Source: Octopus sinensis
Lineage: Eukaryota
Direction: 5' to 3'
Assembly: GCF_006345805.1 (NCBI RefSeq)
Contig: NC_043003.1
Coordinates: 78,926,001-78,990,000 of the forward strand
Length of the DNA: 64,000 nucleotides
Part shown: piece after piece, positions 54,871-64,000 of the stretch
Numbering within the stretch: position 1 is the first letter of the stretch
Layout: each line of letters opens with the position of its first letter
Made by a program: the position numbers and the translations under genes
The notes under the pieces: model-generated
What the model saw: only the letters and a program-made list of their open reading frames with translations
The model's database searches: none
Told to the model about the DNA's origin: nothing

Positions 54871-55399
54871 GATAATAATAATAATATAATAATAATAATG
54901 ACAACGACAACAACAACAGCAGTAGCAACAGCAATAATATTTATTATAATTACAATCACTATTATTATTGTTGATGTTGTTGTTCAAAATCACTTAATAA
55001 AAACATATTTATCCACATCTTCTTTCACTATCAAATAATACTGAAGATAATCTTCTGGTTTTATTGTGTAACCTTCCATTATTAGCGGCTATTTTTGTGT
55101 GCGTGTGCGCCTGTCTGTGTACGCGCAGGCGCGTGCATGAACATTTTTTTGTTGTTGTTCTGTTTTGTTCGTGGCGTTTGTTCAGGTCATGCTGGTAATC
55201 GTCAGTGTTAAGCAGAGACAGGGTGTCACACTGCCACAGTGACACAGTGGCCACAGCGACAGCCGCTAGTTTCTTTTTTTGTTTTGCTTTTTGTTTTGTT
55301 ATATTTTGTCTTAATAAAACCATAAGCTGAACTTTCATTTTGATTTTATTACGTAGCTAGCCAATACCACTCCTATTCATCGCCACTGCCGCAGCCACT

Positions 55400-55960
55400 A
55401 TCTCTACCACCGCCACTACCACCACCACCACCACCACCACCACCACCACCACACCACCACCACACCACCAATACCACGACCACCACCACCACCACCACCA
55501 CCACCTCCACTACCACTACCACTCCACCCCCAGTTGCCACCAACACCACACTATCACCACCATGACCGCCGCCACTGCCACCGCTACCGCCGCCGTCGCC
55601 GCCGCCACCACCACCTCCACCACCACACTATCAACACCATCACCACCACCACCACCACCACCACCACCACCACCACCACCACTACCACCCCACCCCCAGT
55701 TGCCACCAACACCACACTATCACCACCATGACCGCCGCCACCGCCACCGCTACCGCCGCCGTCGCCGCCGCCACCACCACACTATCAACACCATGACCAC
55801 CACCACCACTACCACCATCACCATCACCATCACCACCGCCACTATCATCAACTCCACTACTACCACCGACGCCACCACTACCACCAACATGAACACCACT
55901 ATCACCAACGCCATCACTTTCACCATCACCATCATAACCACCACCATTATCATCAGCATT
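55400..55960. repeat. (CAC)n-rich tract with an internal duplication of about 165 bp
   Basis: CCACCCCAGTTGCCACCAACACCACACTATCACCACCATGACCGCCGCC occurs at about 55524 and 55690. Confidence 0.9.
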
Positions 55961-56179
55961 CTATTCTTCCTCACCCTCCGCTTTTTCTCCTTTCCCTATA
56001 CAACTGGCTTCTACCCTACACGCAGAACCGAACCCTTGTCCTTCCCCCACTCATCCGGGGGCTTACTTAATATGCCTCTATCTTATTTAATTTGCAATCA
56101 CACCAAACACCTGGACTTCACGGCGTTTTGTTGGCGTTGTGTATACACAAAATGGACAGCTGTAATGGGGAGGTAGGTA

Positions 56180-56274
56180 GAAAGGGGGTATTATAGGGGA
56201 GAGGAGGGGAGACGGAGGGCAATAAGTTAGAGGAGGGGGAAGTAGATGGGAGAGGAGTTAGGATTACGAGGAAG

Positions 56275-56312
<38 letters not shown>

Positions 56313-57093
56313 AAGAGAGTATGTGTGCGTGAGAGGGGGAGAAAAAGAAAGAGAGAGTGTGTTTGTGAAAGAGGTAAAGAGAAAGAGAGGGAGTGTGTAT
56401 GTGTGAGAGGAAGAGAGAGAGAGAGAGAGTGCGTGAACGGTAGTTAGGAGAGAACTGAAAAGAAGAACAAGAGGAAAAGGGAGAGAAAGAAGTGAGAGAG
56501 ATGGAGAGTAAGAAAGGTAGGGAGAGGGAGGGTCGGTGGTGGAGAGAGGAAGGAGAGAGAAGAATGAAGAAGTGGAAGAAGAAGCGGAAGAGAAAGAAGA
56601 AGGAAGAGGTGGTGGAGGAAGAAGAAAGAGGAAGAGAAAGAAAGCGAGACAAAAAGAGGAATGATAGTGAAAGTGAAATAAGAGCGTAGGATGGAGGTGT
56701 GAGTGGAAGTTGGGAAGATAAGGGGGCGAAGGTGAGAATAGAGTGTGAGTGGAGAGAGAAGAAAAGATGTATCGATGGATTATGGCAGGGGAAATATAAT
56801 GGTAAAGAAAGGGTAAAGAGTTAAACGAGAAATAGAGAATGAGTCGAGGGAGAGTGATAGAGGTAGGGAGATAAGGGAGAAATTCGGAGGGAGAGAGAAA
56901 GAGAGAGAGAGATAAAGAGAGAGGGAGAGTGAAAGGAGACGGGGTAAGATTTGAAGAGATAGTCTTGAAGTGGTGATTAATGATGGGAAGTGATGAAATG
57001 AGGTAAGGTTTTAATGAAGTAAAGAGAAAAGGTGAGATTTATGGAGAGGATGGGTTAACAAAAGAGGAAAAGAAAACTGGAAGGAGTGTGTTT

Positions 57094-57131
<38 letters not shown>

Positions 57132-57284
57132 AAGGATGTGAGTTGGGGAGTTAACAGAAGGAAAAGAAAGACAGTAGGCAAATAAAGTAAGTTGTAATGT
57201 AATGATAGTGGGAGTGAGAGTGAGAGGAGAAGAAGAACGGAGAGGAAGAATAATGAGAATGTAAGACTCGATAAAATGAAGACA

Positions 57285-57324
<40 letters not shown>

Positions 57325-57747
57325 AAAAGAAAGAAGAAAGAAAGAAAGAAAAGAAAGAAAAAAGGGAGAAGAAAGAAAGAAAGGGAAAAGAAAAAAAGAA
57401 AGAAAGGGAAAAGCAAAAAGAAAGAAAGGAAAAAGAAAGAGCAAAGAAAAAGAAAGAAAGAAATGGGAGAAGAGAGAGAGTGAGAGAGACGATGAAAGAA
57501 AGGGGAACTGATAATGAATGAAATATATAAATGAATAATTAATGAGCGAGAGAGAAAGAAATGCGGAAACTGAAGATGGAATGAACACGAGAAGCCCGAC
57601 CGAAAGAAAGAAACATAGATGAATGTGAAGAAGGAGTGAAAGAAAGTAACGAAGAAAGGAAATAGAAACAAAATTTGTAAAGATGTGAAATTAAAAAAAT
57701 AAATAAAAACATAAATTAAGAATGAAATACAAAGGAAACAGTGAGAA

Positions 57748-57790
<43 letters not shown>

Positions 57791-58270
57791 GGAGGAAGGA
57801 GGAAAGAAAGGAAAAGAAAGAAAGAAAGAAAGGGAGGAAGGAAGGAAGAAAGAAAAAGAAAGAAAGAAAGAAAGAAAGAAAGGAAAAAGAAAGAAAGAAA
57901 GAAATGAAAAAGAAAGAAAGAGCAAAGAAAAAGAAAGAAAGAATGGAAAAAAGAACCGAAAGAAAAGTGAGAGAGTGAGAGAGACGATGAAAGAAAGGAG
58001 AACTGATAATAAAAAGAAAAGAGAACGGATAATAAATAAAAACATAAATTAAGAATGAAATACAGAAGAAACTAGTGAGAAAAGAAAGAAAGAAAGAAAG
58101 AAAGGAAGGAAGGAAGAAAGGAAGGAAGGAAGGAAGGAAGGGAGGAAAAAGAAGAAGATGAAATGATGATAATGATGATGATGGTGGTAGTGGTGGTGGT
58201 CGTCGTCGTGGAGGTGATCGTGGTGGTGGTGGTGGTGGTGGTGGTTTTGATTGTGGTGCTGGTGGTGAGA
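56180..58270. repeat. About 2-kb polypurine (GA/GAAA/GGAA) tract with an internal duplication of about 340 bp
   Basis: AATAAATAAAAACATAAATTAAGAATGAAATACA at about 57699 and 58032; GAGAGACGATGAAAGAAAGG.GAACTGATAAT occurs twice. Confidence 0.9.
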
Positions 58271-58984
58271 AAGTGAAACGAGATCCAGAAAACTGTAGAG
58301 TTCCAATATGTGTAACATAAGTGGGAAAGAAAATATAATTAGATTGTAATTATCTATGTAATTATTAGGCAAAATCTCCCTCATGGGTGGTTAAAAATCT
58401 AAAGACCGGTCTCTAAAGTCAACTAACTGCTGAAAGCAACGAACATGTTTCAATCTTATTAGGTCTCCTCAACTAAGTGTAGTTTAGGATAACAAAGAAG
58501 AGGGCATTGACGTCATAAATATATGTCGTATATAACAGTAATAAGCAATGCATAGACAGATGGAAACAGAAAGAATCCCATCTGTGACCTCTATTAATTT
58601 TGCTTTTAGGTTCTAATTGCTAATAAGCCTTCCATTTTAATTTGTTTAGACTTTTACTGTTTTGAAAATCAGCACACGTTTTCAGCAGTTTTTCTTATAA
58701 GACTGATAGAGGTAGTTGAGTTTAACTTTAGGCGTTAAGAGCCGCTGTTGAGGATCAAGATGGTCTATATCAAAATCCGAAATCACGATCGGGCTATGTA
58801 CGGTGGAGGCTTACCTCCCTTTGTTAGTCATAAAGGCAGTGATTTTGTGGCTTTTGAGTTATTTTAACTCTATCTATAGCAAAAGCGGTGCTAGTCAGTA
58901 CCCTCTGTCACTTTTGCGACCTCTATTAATTTTGCCTTTAATTGTTAGGAAATTGCCTCTAATTGTTAAAAAAACACCCTTTTA

Positions 58985-58998
58985 ATTTATTTATATAT

Positions 58999-59058
<60 letters not shown>

Positions 59059-59087
59059 ATAGCTAGATAGATAGATAGATAGATAGC

Positions 59088-59182
<95 letters not shown>
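58985..59182. repeat. (TA)n(GATA)n
   Basis: Read directly. Confidence 0.97.
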
Positions 59183-59704
59183 CCATCTAAGAATATTTAA
59201 GTCACAAAAAATATGCACTCGTATATTGGTCAATAAAGTGGGTGTATTAATCGAAGTGTACGGTCTCATTACTGCTACCTCTGAAGAGCGTACGGTTGCA
59301 TAAACGGACTATTATCTAACATTCTGTTGAATCCCTAGTGCAAAACCGATTAGTAAGAACGGCCGTAATGGATATATAATACCGTAAAATTCGATTAAAG
59401 CGTGCGTATGAGTGTGTGTGTGTGTGTGTGCGCGTGTTTTACATGTTTCATTCATTGGACTGCAGCTATGCTGGGACATCACCTTAAATTGTTTCAATCG
59501 AAAAAATTCACCCCAGGACTTATCTTTTTAAACTTGGTACTTACACTATCGGGAATGTAAACAAACTAACACCAGTTGCTAAGGAGTGTTAGAGACCAAA
59601 TAATACGACAAAGACACTCACAAATCTATATTAAAAACACAACGGGCTGCATTTATATGGTATATTAGGCGCAGGCTAATATACCATATATATGGTATAT
59701 TAGG

Positions 59705-60054
59705 GTTACTTCCCAACCACATGGTTCTTAGGTTCAGTCCCACTACACAACACCTCGAGCAAGAGTCTTCTACTATAGTCTAGGGCCGACCAAAGCGTTG
59801 TGAGTGAATTTGGTAGGAGGAAACTAAAAGAAGCCTGTCGTATATGCGTGTGTGTATATGTGTATATATACACACATAGATATATATATATGTTTGTGTG
59901 TGTATATACATATATATATATATGTATGTGTGTGTGTATGTCTGTGTGTTTGTGTACACACACATACACACAAACGCATATATATATATATGTATATACC
60001 TATGTGCGCTTGTCTTTGTGTTTGTGTCCCGCACCACTGCTTGACAACCTATTA

Positions 60055-60102
<48 letters not shown>

Positions 60103-60314
60103 AGTAGAGCGGTCGATTTGTTGGACCAAAACACTACCAGGTAGCCACAGTGAAATCACTGAAAGAAGAAAACGATGAAGAAAAAATAGACATATATGTG
60201 AGTGTATTTGATAGACGGAAACTGAAAGAAGCCCGTCGTATACATACATACATATATATATATACATACATACATACATACATACATACATACATACATA
60301 CATACATACATACA

Positions 60315-60346
<32 letters not shown>

Positions 60347-60560
60347 CATATATGTGTGTGTATATATTTGTGTGTCTGTGTTTGTCACCCCACCATCGCT
60401 TGACAACCGATGTTGGTGTATTTAGCGGTTCAGCAAAAGTGATTGATAAAATAAGCACTAGGCTTACAAAAATAAGTCCCGGGGTCGATTTGTTCGACTA
60501 AAAGCGGAGTTCCAGCATGGCTGCAGTCAAATGACTGAAACAAGTAAAAGAATAAAAGAA
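59705..60560 (+). mobile_element. Two partial SINE A copies (59705-60050, 60200-60560); a decayed minus-strand 3' part also lies at about 59445-59600
   Basis: Family A segments around internal microsatellites. Confidence 0.8.
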
Positions 60561-60959
60561 TATATATTTATCTATATGTACATACATACATAAACATCTG
60601 TCTCTTTCTTTCTCTCTCTCTCTCTCTTATATATACACATGCACATATGTGTGTATGTACATGAAATGTGCGTGTGTGTTACATTATATATAAGTACTGT
60701 AAGCCAAAGTTGTGATTAATCAATATTGATTGTGTGTTAGCATTTTGTATTTTTGTTCAGAAACGATTGGATTAAAACTGACTTCTATCTGGTTTGAAGA
60801 CTCTAAGTCGTCGCTGTGAGCTATATAATTAGATTTGTTGTAGAGCAGTTAAGACACTGGGACAATCTGGCTTCTTTCTACATCATCATCTGCTCCATGG
60901 TGTGCGTGAGTGTATGTGGTTGTGTGTGTGTGTGTGCGAGGAGGAGGTGCGTGTGTGCA

Positions 60960-61720
<761 letters not shown>

Positions 61721-62316
61721 CACAAAATTAATCTAGTTAACCTGCAGTTTATAATTGCTAAACTATTGATGCGATGCAAATGTAAACACAACTTGTTATT
61801 CTCTTTGCCTAAAAAAGAAATGAGATTATCCTAGCAACCCTCACCCTTCTGTTTTGAACATCTTGGCAATAATTACTATATATATCAGTCACAAACTAGA
61901 AACCAGATGAAAAGGCTAAACTAATGTGTATATCATGCATTAGTCAACAGTATGATTAAAGACTTAGTAAATATTTTATGCATAAACATAAGTGCATTTG
62001 AAAATAGCAAGTAACTTTAATGTAGTTACCCTACACTTCATAACGCTCGAGCTGAGGAAAGTAAACAAACGTAAATTCTTCTTGTTATCCTCGTACACAG
62101 AAAAAAATATATGTAGTCGGTAACCCGCCGTATATATACATAAGGTATGTCATAAAAGCCTTAACGAGACATTTTTCTCTAGAAATGCTCGAGTAATATC
62201 CATATGTTATGAATTTTTAGGGGTTACTAAAGAGTTAAAAAATAAACGGAAATATCCAATCTTTGCTTTGATATTATAAAAATATGTGTGATATAACTTC
62301 GCAATATGTGTTCTGC

Positions 62317-62356
62317 TACAGAACGTTTCGAGAACTAAATCTCTCATCAGGCGGTA
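62317..62356 (-). ncRNA. Minimal hammerhead motif, intact core, damaged stem I
   Basis: TACCGC CTGATGA GAGA-TTTAGT-TCTC GAA ACGT T^CTGTA. Confidence 0.55.
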
Positions 62357-62663
62357 TGTAAAAGACAGGCTCGCTCTGAGGCGAACAATATATATATTTT
62401 CAAGTGACATTTCTTTGACAATTGATCAGAAATCCTGTGCTGCGAAAGAAACAATTACTTCGTCATTTTGACAATTACATGTCATTTTGGCATTTAAAAA
62501 TACATCGAAAACACTGTTATATTGTATTGTTATATTTTGGGATGGTTATTTTTTCCTTTTCTCTTTCTTTCTTACTTTCTTTCTTTCTTTCTTTTTGCCA
62601 AATAAACTCACGCACAAGATGCCCGTTCTTCATTGCAGCCTTATTATTAATCTTATTTAAAAA

Positions 62664-63056
62664 GCGGTGAGCTGGCAGAATCGCTAGCACGCTGTGCAAA
62701 TGCTTACCGGTATTTCGTCTGCCGTTACGTTCTGAGTTCAAATTCCGCCGAGGTCGACTTTGTCTTTCATCCTTTCGGGGTCGATTAAATAAGTACCAAC
62801 TACGCACTGGGGTCGATATAATCGACTTAATCCGTTTGTCTGTCCTTGTTTGTCCTCTCTGTGTTTAGCCCCTTGTGAGTAGTAAAAAATAGATATTTCG
62901 TCCGACTTAACGTTCTGAGTTCAAATCCACCGAGGTCGACTTTGCCTTTCAACCTTTCAGGGTCGATAAAATAAGTACCAGTTGATCACTAGGTTTGATG
63001 TAATCGACTAGTCCCATCTCACCAAATTTCAGGCTTTGTGCCTACAGTAGAAAGGT
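62664..63056 (+). mobile_element. SINE B dimer
   Basis: Same two-unit layout as 21024-21432. Confidence 0.9.
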
Positions 63057-63424
63057 TAATAATTCTCATTTTCGTGTCCTTTGTCTGATATCTTTCGTCA
63101 CACATCCTATGTCCTCTTTAATACCTCTCCATCCCACATGTCTCTTCCTGTCCTGTTTAGCCCATTCTGGCTTTGAAAACCAGAATATAATGCGTATACT
63201 GATTTGGCAAAAAGAAAAAAAGATTACCCTCCTGAAATATAACAATACCGGTTTCAGCAGACGATTTCACATCAGGAACATTGCAAAACAAATGCATAAA
63301 CGAAAATTATTTTATTGCCTTTTGATTATTTCTTTCATTATGTCTCTACAACTTGATGACAAAATTCTGCAGCTTCCACTGCCAATAAGTAAAAGTAAAT
63401 TCCCATTGTTTGCTTTCTGTCACA

Positions 63425-63583
63425 CGTGTGGCTGTGTGGCATGAACTTTGTTTCACAGCCACATGGCTGGATTCAGTTCCACTGCGTGGTGTGGAACTTT
63501 GGGCATATGTCTTTTGTTATGACCGCGGGCCGACCCAAGTCTTGTGAGTGGATTTGGTCAACGGAAACTTAAAGAAACTCGCC

Positions 63584-63626
<43 letters not shown>

Positions 63627-64000
63627 ATATTATATATATATATATATAAATATATAAACAAGGGTATTAGATAGCACCAGTTTCGCTAGAAATAGGAGTC
63701 AAAAGTGACTGAATTAGCCACAAGCGCTGAAAGTTAACAAACTGACGAAATCGGGGGAGCGAGAAAAAATAGCCAACATACCAAAGCGAGAGACAACCGC
63801 AAAGGAAATTGCAGATATACCCCTGTCACGTGATTTCGAACTCTGAAATAATTCTCTTAGTCCTCCTCAGTGGGTCTTGCTGCTAGGGGCTAAACGGTTA
63901 CTCGCCTCGTACAAGGTTGTTGAAACTGTTGAGGGTTTTTTTGCCTGTGTTTGTCCCCGACCACCGCTTGCCAACCGGTGTTGGTGTGTTTACATCTCCA
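63425..64000 (+). mobile_element. SINE A interrupted at its internal (TA)n by an insert of about 280 bp (63660-63940)
   Basis: Head 63425-63590; the 3' half resumes at about 63946. Confidence 0.75.

Noticed and set aside
59278-59312. CTGAAGA followed by AAAC
   Set aside because: No GAAA, and no convincing stems II or III.

Overview
Gene-poor eukaryotic genomic DNA dominated by repeats; the SINE families and extreme microsatellite load resemble an octopod cephalopod (Octopus-like), from my recollection of such genomes and not from a search. I find no supportable host protein-coding gene, rRNA or true tRNA; most supplied ORFs are microsatellite read-throughs. The window holds about 40 tRNA-derived SINE copies in several families (working names A-D), decayed Tc1/mariner transposases, two L1/Tx1-clade LINE fragments, five fragments of R4/Dong-like LINEs, Helitron pieces, a piggyBac-like MITE, Penelope-like (PLE) GIY-YIG and RT fragments, and a 100-N gap. 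The most striking unexplained signal is a set of about a dozen minimal type-I hammerhead ribozyme motifs (stem I, CUGANGA, stem II, GAAA, palindromic stem III, NUH) in several unrelated short non-coding elements. Many of these elements abut (TA)n tracts and several are fold-back structures, including a 200-bp near-perfect palindrome with a hammerhead on each strand. All coordinates were counted by hand and element boundaries are approximate.
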